DNA from: the human T2T-CHM13v2.0 reference genome, Homo sapiens
Assembly: GCF_009914755.1 (NCBI RefSeq)
Contig: NC_060944.1
Direction: 5' to 3' (one strand)
Length of the DNA stretch: 64,000 bases
The notes under the pieces were generated by a model. It saw nothing but the letters and a program-made list of their open reading frames with translations, did not search any database and was not told the DNA's origin. Positions 13,111 to 30,105 of the stretch are shown piece by piece; the first letter of the stretch is position 1, and each line of letters starts with the position of its first letter. The position numbers were made by a program, and so were the translations under genes.

Positions 13111-13699
13111 ACCAACTTACAACAACTGATTTATGACACTATTTTATGACACTTCTGGTCAACTATCCCCATATTCTTATTTGAAAATGTTTGTACTAGA
13201 TGGAGAAGTTCAAGGAAATTTTAAAAAGTGGATTTGAATGTTTTAAACTGTTCACCAAAAATAGTAAATAATCAGATCAATTTCCTCTTAACTATGTTTT
13301 GAATAAGCTTATAGTGCTGCTTTGGAGAAAGCAAACAGCCTGAAAACACCTTGAGCTTTGGAGAAAGAGGGGAGAAATATATTTTACTTAAGACAGGACT
13401 TTAAATCAAATACATATGAGGTTATGAAGGAAAATGAATTAAATAACGTGACAGTGAGATGTTTATAGTGCTGTCTGGTGGCCAGTGAAAGGTGACTCCT
13501 TGATATGCTTCTGCCCATCTGTTTTCATTTTCCTTGGCCATATTCTTTCCATGACCTTGAGATAGCCATGTAGCCTTCTGTCTTGGCGTTTTTGGTTAGA
13601 CATCTATCAAATAAAAATTATTATTTCAGCCCCTGTTTTCTTTAGATGGGTAGAGAATAACTCAAAAATGAAATTCTAGACCTGAAAAATCATTTAAGA

Positions 13700-14200
13700 A
13701 ATAATTCTCAAATTTGCCTCTTCTCTCCACCTACACCACTACCTCTGTAATCAAGCTAATCATCTCTCACTTACTGTGTGCCTTAGCTTCCTGACTGGTC
13801 TTGGTGATTCCATTCTTGTCCCCAGCACACTTGATCTTCATATTGTCACTGGCGCAACCTTAATATAATTACTGAACTCTTCCATTTAACACACCTCAAT
13901 GGCTTCCCAGTTGCTGTCTGAATAAGAGTTAGATGGCATAACATAACTCACATGTTTATCTGGCTCCCAACTAAACACTTTGACCCCATCTTCTCCAAGT
14001 TTAACTAACCCCTTTGATTTCCTCTCTTTCAAGTTTAACTAATCCCTTTGACCTCATTTCCTCCAAAGTTTCCCATAGGTATATGCCTTTGTCAAACATG
14101 CTCTTGACTACATTACTCCTACCTCTCTTACTAACTGCTTCTCATTCTTGCAGGCTTTGATTCTCATACATGAGGCTTATAAAGAAGTCCTAATACAGAA
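13700..14200 (+). mobile_element. L2 fragment
   Basis: 'ctcttctctccacc...atcatctctcac...cttcctgactggtct...tcaatggcttccca'. Confidence 0.6.
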
Positions 14201-15621
14201 ATATCATCATAGGCTTTCTAGGTTTCTAATATTTAACTTTCCACTGTACTTAGCAAATAGACACTTAGTTGTTTCCATTTATCCAACCTCAAATCCTGGG
14301 CCATTAACACATTTATGTAAATGAAAAGACCCCAACTCTTACTGCAAACACTTAGGGGAGATTATTAAAAACAAACAGGGATATTGGCCTGTAGTTTTCT
14401 TTTCTTGCAATGTCTTTGACAAGATTTGATATCAAGATAGGGCTGGCCTCATACAATTAGTTTGGAAGTATTCTTTCTTCAAGTTTTTGGAAGAATTTAA
14501 GGGGGCTTGGTGTAAATTATTTAAATGGTAGAATTTAGCTATGGAGCTATCTAGTCCTGGGCATCTCTTGGTTGGGAGATTTTTAATTACTTATTCAATA
14601 TTCTTATTCATGATTGGTCCATTCCAATTTTGTTTCTTCATGATTTAGTCTTGGTAGGTTGTACATTTCAGAAAAATGTATTCGTTTCTTCTGGGTTATC
14701 CAATTTGTTGGCACATAATGGTGCATATTAGTCTCTTATAATCCTTTATATTTCTACAGCATCAGTTGCAATGTCTCCTCTTTCATATATGATTTTATTT
14801 GTTTTAGTCTTTTCTCTTTTTTCTTAATCTAGCTAAAGGTTTGAATATTTTGTTTATCTTTTCAAAAAAAAGAATGTGTTGTTTAATTGTTACATATTTG
14901 TGAATTTTCCATTTTCCCTTCTGTTTTTAATTTCCAGTTTCTTTCTATTGTGATTAGCAAAGATACTTGGTATAATTTCAATTTTCTTAAATTTGTTGGG
15001 ATTTGTTTAAGCCCAGACATATGATCAATCCTGCTGTGTGTGCTTGAGAAGAATGTACATTCCATGCTGGGTGGAATGTTCTGCATATTTCTGTTAGGTC
15101 CATTTGGTGTATAGCTTTGCTCAAGTTTGCTGTTTCCTTGTTAATTTTTGGTCTGGATAATCTATCCATTATGGAAAGTGGTGATTAAAGTATTCTACTA
15201 TTATTGTGTTTCTATTTCTCTCTTCAGCTTTGTCAATGTTTGCTGATATATATTTAGATTTATATAAGCAGTTCTTATATATATATATGATTTATATATA
15301 CAGCTCTGATGTTAGATGCATATATATTTATAATTATTACATCTTCCTGATTAATTGACCTTTTCCTTTATCATTATGTATTGAACTTCTTTTTCTCCTG
15401 TTACAGTTTTTGATTTAGAGTCTATATTGTCTATGTACAGACATCCCTGCTCTCTTTTGGGTTACCACTTGCATGGAATATCATTGTTTTATTCCTTCAC
15501 TTTCAGCCCATGTATGTTTTTAAATCTAAAGTGAGTCTCTTATAAACAGCATAGTTTGACTTAATCTTTTTATTCATTCAACCACTCTATGTCTTTTCAT
15601 TGGGAAATCTAATCCATTTAT

Positions 15622-15865
15622 ATTTTGTTTTGTTTTTAGAGACTATAGAAACATTTTAGATTTACAGAAAGATTGGGCAAAAAGTAGAGTTTTCATATAC
15701 CCTCCAAATAGTTTTGCTTATTATTAACATCCTGCATTAGTTCAGTGCATTTGTTAAAATTGTTGAATCAACAGTGTACATTATCCTTAACTAAAATTTA
15801 TAGTTTACATTAAGGTTTATTTGTGGTATACATTTCTATGGGTTTTGACAAATGTATATCATAAA
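15622..15865 (-). mobile_element. Nested L1MB/L1MC-like 3' end
   Basis: 'ttttagatttacagaaagattg...ttattaacatcctgcattag...catttctatgggttttgacaaatgtata'. Confidence 0.7.
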
Positions 15866-15896
15866 CTGCATTCATGTTTAAAGTATATTCCTCAAA

Positions 15897-16261
15897 TTTT
15901 TCATTATTTTATTTTTTATTTTTAATTGATTTATAACAACTGTACATTTATGAGGTATATGTAATATTTTGATACATGTATACAATGTGTAATTATCAAA
16001 TTAAGGTAATTGGTATATCCATCACCTCAAATATTTATCATTTCTGTGTTAAGAACATTCAAAATTTTTTTCTAGCTATTTTGTAATATACAATAAATTA
16101 TTGTTAACAATAGTCACCCTACTGTGCTATAGAATACTAGAACATATTCCTCTTAACAATGATACTGTTAACCAACCTTTTCCCATCTGCCCTTCCTCCA
16201 TACTCTTCCCAGCCTCTGGTAACCATTATTCTACTCTCTACTTCTATGAGATCAACTTTTT
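15897..16261 (-). mobile_element. Nested L1MA-type 3' end
   Basis: PolyT then 'attttgatacatgtatacaatgtgtaat...catcacctcaaatatttatcatttc...cttcccagcctctggtaacca'. Confidence 0.85.
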
Positions 16262-16793
16262 CATCGATAGGTAAGAATTACTATCGTCATTTCACTCATT
16301 GTTTTCCATCTGTCCTGTAGTTCTTTTGTCTATATTTGACTCTCTTGTTGTCTTCTCCTTTGTGATTTGTTGACTTTTTGTATTAATATACCTTGATTCC
16401 TTCTCTTTTTCTTTTGTGTAGATTTTATACGTATTTTCTTTGTGGTTACCATGAGGCTTACATAAAATATCTTACAGTTAGAAAGTCTACTTTAAGCCAG
16501 TAACAACTTAACTTCAATCATATACAAAAACTCTGCACTTTTACTTCCTCCCTCCAACACTTTATGTTATTGATATCATAATCTTTATTGTTTTACATTG
16601 TGTATCCACTAACAAATTTTTGTAGTTACAGTTAATACTTTTATTTTTTATTTTTATACTAGAATTAAAAGTGATTTATATACCACCATTGCAGTATTCT
16701 GTGCATATATACTAAACTTTACCAATGAGTTTTACTTTCATATGCTTTCGTGTTGCTATTTAGCAATCTTTTTTTCAACTTAAAGAATGTCCT

Positions 16794-17316
<523 letters not shown>

Positions 17317-17318
17317 CT

Positions 17319-19745
17319 AGGAAACCAGAGGTCAATATCCCTTGTGAACATAGATGCAAAAATCCACAACAGAATACTGGCAAACAAAATTCAATAGAAC
17401 ATTAAACAGATCATATATTATGACCAAGTGTCATTTATCCTCGGGATGCCAGGATGGTTCAACGTGCTCAAGTCAATAATGTGATATACCACATTAACAG
17501 AATGAAGGGCAAAAATCACATAATCGTTTCAAGAGATGCACAAAAAGAATTTGAAAAAATTCAACATCCTTTCATGATAAAAACTCTCAACAAACTACAT
17601 ACAGAAGGAATTTACCCCAAGATTAAAGGCCATAAATAGAAAGCCTGCAGCTAATTTCATATTCAAGTGAAAAACTGAAATCTTTCCCTCTAAGATCAAG
17701 AACAAGGCAAGGATTCCCACACTCACCATTTCTATTTAACATAGTACTGAAAGTGCTAGCCAGAGCAATTAGACAAGAAAAAGAAATAAAAATTACCTAA
17801 ATCCTGATGGAAGGAGTAAAATTCTCTGTTTGCAGATTACATAGTCTTATACCTAGAAAACCCTAAAGACAACACAAAAATACTCTTAGAATAACCGAAT
17901 TAAATAAAATTTCATAATACAAAATCAACATACGAAAATCAATTTCATGTCTATATACTAACAATAAACAATCCAAAATAATTACAAGAACAATTCTATT
18001 CACAATAGTAACAAAATAAATACTTAGAGATAAATTTAAACTGGGAGATTAAAGAGTTATTAACTGGAAACTACACAACATTGATGAAAGAAATTAAAGA
18101 AGACAAAAAGAAATGGAAAGCCATCTCATGTTCATGGATTGGAAGATTTAATATTATTAAAATGTCTAAAAAATCACCCTTATCTATTAAAATGTCTAAA
18201 AAACCCAATCTTTATCAAAATGCTGGTGTCATTTGTTTACAGAAATAGAAAAAAACTCCTAAAATCCATAAGATGCCACAAAAATACTCAAAAGCAATAC
18301 TGAGAAAGAACAAGGTTAGAGACATCACACTTCCTGGTTTTAAAATACATTACAAAGCTACAGTAACCAAAACAGTATGGTACTGACAAAAACAATTGTA
18401 TACACCAATAGAACAGAACAGAAAGCCCAAAAATAAATGCAGACATATACAGAAACTGATCTTTGACCAGGTGCCAAGAATACATAGGGAAAGGATAGTC
18501 TCATCAACAAATGATGTCAGAAATACTGAATATCCAGAAGTAAAAGAATGAAATTGCACCCTTTTCATATACTATACACAAAAGTAAACTCAAAATGGAT
18601 TAAAGACTTAAAGGACCTGACATGATAAAACTCCTAGAAGAAAACGTAAGACAAAAGCAAAATTTTTCTAGTCAATGACTTCTTGGATATGACACCAAAG
18701 GCACAAGCAACAAAAGCAAAAATAGACTAGTGGGACTACATCAAACTAAAGAGCTTCTGCACAGCAAATAAAAAAATCAACAGAGTGAAAAAGGTAATTT
18801 ATAAAATGGAAAGAAATATTTACAACCATATATAAAATAAGGGGTTAATATTCCACAAATGTAATGAATGACTACAATTCTATAGCCAAAAAAAAAACTG
18901 ATTTTTTAAATGGCCAAAGGATTTGAAAAGCCATTTCTTCAAATAAGTTGCACAAATGGCCAAAAGGATAAGAACAGATTCTCAGCATCATGAATCATTA
19001 AGGAAATACAAATCAAAAACACAACGAGATATTATTTCACACCCATTAGGATGGCTATTATCATTTTTTAAAAGATAGTAAGTGCTGGTGGGATTTGGAA
19101 AAATTGGAACCTTTGTGCACTGTTAGCAGGAATATAAAATGGTATAGCACTATAGAAACAGTAATAATGTTCTTTAAAAATTTTTAAATAGAGCTACCAT
19201 ACGATCCAGCAATCCTACTTCCTGGTATATATCTAAAAGATTGAAATAAGGATCCTGAAGAGTTATTAGAATGCCCATATTCACTGTAGTGTTATTCACA
19301 ATATTCACAACCAAGATATGGAAACAAACGTTCATCAATAAATGAATATACATAAATGTGGCATATACATACAATGGAATATTATTTCACTTTATAAAAA
19401 GGAAATCCATTATATTTGACATGTATGAAGCTGGAGGACATTATGCTGAGTGAAATAACCTAATCACAGAAGTTCAAATACATGAGATTTTAACTATATA
19501 AGGTATCTAAAATAGGTGAATTCATAGAAACAGAGTGTAGATGCTGGTTACCAAGGGCTGGAGGTGGGGAGGAATGTGGAGTTGCTGATCAATGAGATAA
19601 AATTTCAGTTGTGCAAGATGCATAAGTTCTAGATACCTGCTGTACAACATTGTCCCTATAGTTAACAATAGTGTGTTATGCACATAAAACTTAAATCAGA
19701 GGGTAATCTCATGTTACGTGTTCTTATCACTATTAAAAATTAATT
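17319..19745 (+). mobile_element. 3' segment of the same L1M (L1MA9/L1MB-like): ORF2 RT to 3'UTR, decayed
   Basis: 'gtcaatatcccttgtgaacatagatgcaaaaatcc' onwards; 3'UTR 'tttcagttgtgcaagatg...ctgctgtacaacattgt...gttcttatcactattaaaaa'. Confidence 0.9.
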
Positions 19746-19749
19746 AAAG

Positions 19750-19850
19750 GCTCTTTCCCCAAAGATTCTGACCCAATTTGTCTAGGGTGGTTGTACAGAT
19801 ATTTAAGTTTCCAGGTAAAGTTATTGTGAACTAATGTTGAGAAGCACCAG
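19750..19850. mobile_element. MER5A1-like hAT element, right half (left half at ~14329-14372)
   Basis: 'cccaaagattctgacccaatttgtctagggtgg...ccaggt...gttgagaagcacc'; left half 'cccaactcttactgca...ggggagattattaaaaa'. Confidence 0.6.
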
Positions 19851-20773
19851 TCTATAAGGATGAGTCGAGAATAAACTCAATAATTACACAAACTTTTCTA
19901 TCAAAGATGTCATCAGGCTAAATTATTTAATAAGGTAAATTTTCAGCAAGCAAGGGGTATATATTTTAGCTGTCCAGGGTACAGAGTTACAATCAGGTGT
20001 ACACTTAATTGTATACCTTGTCTTATAAGATGAACTTAGAATAGATGAGGTGGTGCAATAGACCAAAATGTAATCATCCAATACCTCAGGACACACATTT
20101 AAAAATGCACAAACAGTATAATTACAACACATATGATTAGTAAGGTTGATGGAAGAGTTCTGCTTAAAGGTAGCAGAATATGTGGGTGAATGAAGAATTA
20201 AGCATATATGACTATTACCTATGCCCCAGGAAGACGGTAGTGAGACCTCCTTGCACTGCAGGATCTACTAAAAGGTTCTACATCTCATTTTTTTCCCATA
20301 AAAAGAGTTCTAATCTGTTTTAAATAACACTTTTTGTGAAAATGCCAATTTATGATTTTATATTTAAAACTATAGTTTTGAAGACAACTATTAGAAAACA
20401 AAAAAATAAATCTGGAAAAAAATTATATTGATACAATGTGAATATTTTAGTTAATTTTCTTATCTGTGTAAATGCATGGTTTATGAACTTAAATTAACAC
20501 AATACATAAAGGTTTATGCCCTTTTTAAAACTAAATTTAAATTGTATCATGGGCATTTCTAATATATTTTTGAGAAACAGTTCTATTGTGTATACATATA
20601 GTACCTGTTATATAAATTTACATGTTTTATTTAACTATGTCTACCTTGTACATTTAGATTGATCTTAATTTTTCACTTTTATAAAGATATAAAAATATAA
20701 TAATATGTGTGTGGGGGGGGGTTATTTATTGTTAAAGAGAACAACTGGGTTTAGGACAACTAGCAATTCCATA

Positions 20774-20935
20774 CAGTGGTATCTATAAACCTCACCATTG
20801 TGTTCTTGATACACCTACGAATTACAGATTTACCTGCCACTCCACCCCAAGTGTCTGGATTCATTAGGTCTCAGACAGTATGCATTTTTTAGTAAGCTCC
20901 AAAAGCAGTTCTTATGCAGACAGATGGTTCATAGC
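20774..20935. mobile_element. MER5-family fragment
   Basis: 'cagtggt...ctccaccccaagtgtctggattcattaggtct...tgcattttttagtaagctcc'. Confidence 0.5.
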
Positions 20936-21531
20936 TTCTACTTGTGAAACTGGTATCAGCCTTTTTAAAATTCTCACACATACTGGCAAACAGTCCATCA
21001 GAAAGATAACAACTTTTTATTTCCTTAAGCAATGTATGATCGTGCCAATTAAGGTAAACTTTTAGAAATCCTGTGCTAATTTGATAAGCAATAAGTACAT
21101 GTTGCTTTTTGAGATGCAACTTTTTGATTGCTAGTGAAGATGAAGGCCTATATATATTCTCCAGTCATAATGTATATTATTCTGTAAATTTCTATTTCTT
21201 TTCATATCCTTTGCCCATTTTTTCCATTAAGGTATCATTTTCTTCAATGGCTTTTAAGAATTCTTTTTATTTTAAAATTACTCCCTGGCTGAAAATATAT
21301 TTCCTGGTTTATTGTTTGAATTTGAATTTTATGGTGTTTATTTCTTGTCCTACAGAAGTTCTGGGTCTTGACAAAGGCACACAGTATACCTTTTGCTAAG
21401 CAGCCATCAAATCTTCTTTCTGCCTTTTTTATGTCATCCTTTCAAGTCTTTCTATGCTGCCGCTCTTGTTTTTGTTGTTTTATTTTTTACTTGTAACTCT
21501 TTAAGCCATCTGAAACTTATGTTAATACATT

Positions 21532-21695
21532 TTCTTTCTTTTTTTTTTCTTCGAGACAGTTTTGCTTTGTCGCCCAGACTGGAGTGCAGTGGCGTGATGT
21601 TGGCTCACTGCAACCTCTGCCTCCCAGGTTCCAGCAATTCTCCTGCCTCAGCCTCCTGAGTAGCTGGGATTACAGCGGCCCCGCCACGACGCCCA

Positions 21696-21726
<31 letters not shown>

Positions 21727-21754
21727 GTATTTTTAGTAGAGATGGGGTTTCACT
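21532..21754 (-). mobile_element. 5'-truncated AluS with an expanded middle A-tract
   Basis: Right arm complete, ~T28 run at the linker, left arm ends at 'ggggtttcac'. Confidence 0.9.
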
Positions 21755-21780
21755 TTCTCTAAGAAAATTAACTCATTTTT

Positions 21781-22078
21781 CTTGGGCATGGTGGCTCATA
21801 CCTGTAATACAAGCACTTTGGGAGGCTGAGGTGGGTGGATCACTTGAGGTCAGGAGTTCATGACCAGCCTGGCCAACATGGTGAAACTGCATCTCTACTA
21901 AAAATACAAAAATTACCCAGGTGTGGTGGTGCATGTCTGTAATTCCAGATAGGAGGCTGAGACACAAGAATCACGTGAACCCGAGAGACCAAGGCTGCAG
22001 TGAGCTGAGATTGCACCACTGCACTCCAGCCTGAGTGACAGAGCAAGACCCTGTCCCCCCACCAAAAAAAAAAAAGAA
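21781..22078 (+). mobile_element. AluJb/Sz, full length
   Basis: Dimeric Alu; TSD aactcattttt at 21770 and 22079. Confidence 0.9.
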
Positions 22079-22594
22079 AACTCATTTTTTCAGAGGTTGT
22101 TTTTAATAATTTTTTTATTATTTCTTGCTGTTATATGGCACAACTTTCTCTAACTAATATGTCAAGTTGTTTCTAATATGAGACCAGGAGGAAGTGTGTC
22201 ACAGTCAGAGGTAACAGATGCTAATTATCTTATCACACTTCCCACGATTAGCACAAGTTGGAAATAAAGTCTCACCTGATGTGGTTTCATGTCCCTTTAA
22301 CGTGCATTAAAATATATTGTTATTTTAAAAACAATAACACATTTTTTTAGAAAAAAACAATGCCTCCTTCCCAAATGAATTTTTAGAGGTTGCCACTTGA
22401 AACTCATTTATACAACCTTCCAACAGTAACAAAATGTCACATGCTCATGCTGCAACTGTTACTAGGTTATTTCACGATTTTTATTAATATAACAAGATTC
22501 ACTGGTGTCTACAGGATGTAAATGTAAATGTGATTAATATATGATTAATATACAGCAGGGAAATATTTTGAACTAATAAGTGTTGCCTTTCCCC

Positions 22595-22745
22595 TTCTCT
22601 CTATATACATACATATAAATTTCTCTCTCTATATATATATATATTCCTATATACTTTTTTCTATATATACATATATAATATATATATATAGAGAGAGAGT
22701 AAAGAGACAGAGAGAGACATATACACGTGTATGTATACATGCATA
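22595..22745. repeat. TA/CT/GA low-complexity tract
   Basis: Mixed dinucleotide runs. Confidence 0.8.
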
Positions 22746-23317
22746 AGTAGGTGTTTTAACCTAGAGACCACTGCCCCCATTAAAACTGGACCCATTCTGG
22801 AAGAGACTGCCCAAAAACATTCAGGACATAAAAGAGCCCAACAATAGCAAAGTCTGCAAAACCTTGTCTTTTGATTGGAAGAGCTGAGCACTACAAAAAG
22901 GTTTTTCTCTTTTTCTCTCTTTTTTTTTTTAAATTTCAAAGGTGTACTTGTGTCTCAAAGAAGAGTTTATAACAGCTAATAAAATTTTCTCACGACACAG
23001 CACGGAAATAACCCTTTCTGGGAAGAGGTAAGGGAAAATTTGAAAAGAAAGACAGAGTAAAAGATAACTTAAAGGCAGACATGAGGTTTCTACCTCTTGT
23101 TTTTACCCTGTATTTCAGCCAGGCCATGACCTTAGAGGGAAGATGGCAGCAATCCCAGAGAAGTTCTACAAAACAGAGAGATGGGACTTCTTTTCCCATG
23201 GTAGAGCCCACAAAGACTGAAGAGCCCTTCATGAGCTCCCTGCCCCCTCATCCTAACCAGGCCGCAGAGTGGCAAAGTGGAAGACCTAGGTAAAAAGATA
23301 AAGGCAGAGAGCCTGAT

Positions 23318-23608
23318 TATGGTCTCACACAGTCCTATAGGCCAAACAGTAAATATTTTAGCCTCTGTTGCTACTTGACTCTGCCACTGTAATGAGGAGG
23401 CAGTCATAGACAACATGCAAACACATGGGCCAGGTTGTGCTCTGGTAACACTTTATTTGTGGACTCAGAAATTTGAATTTCATGTAATTTTTGCGTGTCA
23501 TATAATTTTTGTGAGATTAGTTTTCAACAAATGTAAAATTAAAAACATATTCTTAGGTCGCAGGCCAGACAAAAACTATGGCCAGAAGGCCACAGGCTTG
23601 CAACCAGT
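23318..23608 (+). mobile_element. MER58B (hAT-Charlie)
   Basis: 'ggccaaacagtaaatattttag...actctgccactgta...gaaatttgaatttcatgtaattttt'. Confidence 0.8.
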
Positions 23609-24882
23609 ATGGCACACATGAGGATGGTGGAAAAGAACTTCTGTAAGCTTCTAAGGAATACCCAAGGATGGGTGAAGAAATGGATGAGAGAGTAGGTGAA
23701 CTAGAAGATGACTTTCAGGAATGACAAGAGGATACTTTTAAAGGATACACTGTTAAACTGTACAAGCAGTAAACCATGAAAGTGTGGACATCAGTGGTAG
23801 TACCGAGGTGACACAGCAAAGATGTGGAAGCTTGGTAGGGTGAGAAAAGAGCACTGGCAAGTACCACATGTCCCTCCCCAGAGGCCAGGCTGGCACACGA
23901 CAACTACACACCCACATTCCACACATCCCGGATCTCAGATCATCCCTGGAGAGAAGGTAAGACTCATATAACACCAGAAGAGACTGACTTGCTTTAATAT
24001 GGCAAATTTAAAGGTTTTTTGGCTATCAAAAGAAATAAGGATGTACGAATTGAACTAGTATCATTTATGAAGAAATAAGTTATGTTTCAATACCTTAGTT
24101 ATATGGCCCCTTAATATTCCTGACTGCCTGAGGTATGTTTGTAGTGTCCTTCTACTTTTGAGAAAAATAAAATTCACACCTGAAAGCACACAGCCAAATA
24201 ATTGTCCCCTCGATTTGAAGTGGCCCCACCAACACATCAAACACTTGGGTCTATGTATCTGATTTGTCTGTTGGTCTACATATTTCTTCCTGGTTTACAA
24301 TCATACTGTGTAAATTGCTATAACTTTAGAAGAACCTAAATAACTGGCAACAAAGTCTCATTTAACTATGCTGCTTTTAGAAAATTTAATCAACTTTCTG
24401 TATCATTCTTTCAAATGAGCAACAGATTTTGCTACAAGGGAAAAAATGAATTCCTCTGGGATTTTGATTAAAATTCATTTAAAACTACAAATTATTTGGG
24501 AAAGACTTCGCATCTTCAGAATACTAAACTTTACCATTTAGAAATATGATTTTCTATATCAGAGTTAAGTATTCTATGTCTCCATTAAGGTTTCCATTAT
24601 CTTTATTTTAAAAATACACATTTCCTTTAGGATTGTGTAGGGGAGTTGTTTAATTGCTAATGAAAATTTAATACATTTTATTATATATTCCGAGTATATA
24701 TTACTGTTCTATATAAAGATCTTCATTTGTGTGCATTTATTGTGTATATAATCCTTTTTACTAAAAGCTCTTAGTTCTTCTAATAGATTTCCAGGTGATT
24801 CTCTAAGTTCCTCAGATGGATACACTATCCTCAAACAATAATTTTTTTGTAATTGTACTAAGAGATACAAAAATTCATAGTT

Positions 24883-24923
24883 CACATGTACCCTGAAACT
24901 TAAAATATAATAATAATAATAAT
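24883..24923 (+). mobile_element. Ultra-short L1PA 3' tip
   Basis: 'cacatgtaccctgaaacttaaaatataat(aat)n'; TSD aaaaattcatagtt/aaaagttcacagtt. Confidence 0.75.
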
Positions 24924-25019
24924 AAAAGTTCACAGTTCACTGAAAAGAATGCAGATTGATCCTTAAAGATGTGGGGAATAAAAACTCACCTTGGCTCATG
25001 AATAATGAGCTCCTATAGC

Positions 25020-25300
25020 ATGCTACCATCTACTCTTCACCCATCAGATAGGCAAAAATCCAAAGGCTCTGCAATGCACACTGTTGAGGAAACTCTGAAA
25101 AAAGAGCCTCTTCCCAATGGTGACAATAAGATTGCAAAGTGATTCACCTTCTCTGAGAGGAAGTTGGCAATATCTATCAAGAATCCATACAAATTTATCC
25201 TTTAACCCAGAACTTCCACTTCATGGAATCTTTCTCAGATATACTGCAAAAACTATGAAAAGGAAATGCCAAACACAGGTACAAGAATATTCATTGCTTT
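25020..25300 (+). mobile_element. Old L1ME-like ORF2 3' fragment
   Basis: 'tcacccatcagataggcaaaaat...gttggcaatatctatcaa...cctttaacccagaacttccactt'. Confidence 0.65.
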
Positions 25301-25310
25301 CGTACTTAGA

Positions 25311-28398
<3,088 letters not shown>

Positions 28399-28402
28399 TA
28401 GA

Positions 28403-28696
28403 TTTTTTTTTTTTTAGACAAGGCCTTGCTCTGTCACTCAGGCTGGACTGCAGTGGCACAAACACAGCTTACTACAGCCTCAACCTACCAGGCTCAAGTG
28501 ATCCTCCAATCTCAGCCTCCCAAGTAGCCGGGACCACAGGTGCACACCAAAATGCCTGGCTAATTTTTAAACTTTTTGTAGAGATGGGGTCTCACCATGT
28601 TGCCCAGGCTGGTCTCAAACTCCTGGGCTCAAGAAATACTCCTGCCTTGGCTTCCCAAAGTGCTAGAATTACAAGAGTGAGCCACTATGCTCAGGC
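28403..28696 (-). mobile_element. AluJ, full length
   Basis: 'cagcctcaacc...ggctcaagtgatcctcc...tttttgtagagatggggtctc' are AluJ diagnostics. Confidence 0.9.
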
Positions 28697-30105
28697 TTAT
28701 AATTTTTTAAAATTATTATTTATCAAGTAGTTCAACAATTTCTGTTCTTCCTTAATCACAAAAGCATTCAGAAAAATAAATTGTTCTCTAAGAGTAGATT
28801 TAGCGAGGCTCCATATATTCTAACCTCTTGTTTTATTGTTATTTTGTTCAAAGACTTTAATTTATTTGAGAGATTTTTCTTCATTTTTGGCAACCTGTTT
28901 ATCTGAAAATCTACAGTCCTGAAAGATTATTTCTTTATCCTTGAAATGTAAATGTTTTACTAATATGCTTGTCTTATTTAATTTGGCAGGACTAATCGTT
29001 GGTCTTTTTGATTTTTAGATTTAATTATTTGGCTGGTTGGGTTTTTTTAATGTTTGAGATTTAGACTCACTATGCCTGTGTTCTCTTTTTCTGCAATTCT
29101 TGTTTTGTAGATTTCCTGGAACTATCCTCATCTCTTATTTTTTTCGCTCATCATTTTTAACACTTCTTTTTTGCCATAGAATTATGGGTAATTTTTTTGA
29201 TTTGCCTTCCATGGAACAAATTCTATTTTTTTCAGTACCCACTCTGCAGTTCATTATCCCCACCTAAGTTCAATCATTACTTAAATTTCCTTGCAGACAT
29301 TTCAGTGACAGATTATTCCTTCTTCCTACTTATTCTAACTCTGTAAATGTACTCATAAAGTAAATCTTAACAATGCAATTATTTTTTCAACTATTCCCCT
29401 AGTTTTGTAGCCAATCTATTTTTTAAAGGGGCATTTCCCTTAATTCTTTATGGTTATTCATGACTTAAAACTGTAGCAGATTGAATATACTCTTTGGTGA
29501 ACGATTTCTGTTTCAGCATCTTTTAGTTTTGTGTACCTGCAGGCCCCTTTTCTGGTTCACCTCCACCTTTCTAAAGTAAAGGCCTGATTTATTATTCTCA
29601 TCTACTTATTTCCTGGAAATTGTATTGTAGTTCTCACAAGTATTTAGGCTAGTCCTATCTGCACTCTATGTGGCTAAAAGTACCAAAATATCTACCATAT
29701 TTAGGGCCTTTTCCTGAGTTCTAAAATTATTCCTATTTTTATCTTCAGCTGGTCATATCCTGAAGACTTTAGAACTCTGGCCACATGTTACCCAGAAGAT
29801 GACAGATGATGGATCATGATTTTGAATTTCAGGAACAACCACTACCTCTTTATCCAATAACCACATAAGCAATCACAAATCAAGTAAGAAGCAAAATCTT
29901 CAGGGATGCTGGGATGGAGATATATAAGTTTTCAGAAAGTACCAAAATACACATGATTTTGAAATAGGTTGATTTTAAAGGGAGGCCTATATCCTTGAGG
30001 TAAACTTTTCCCAGTAACAAGCTTATTAAAATCTCTTTCTGCTACACTCCACAAGAAAGACGGAGGAACAGAAGAGAAAAGGGCTTTTAGTAAGAGTATA
30101 TGGAC

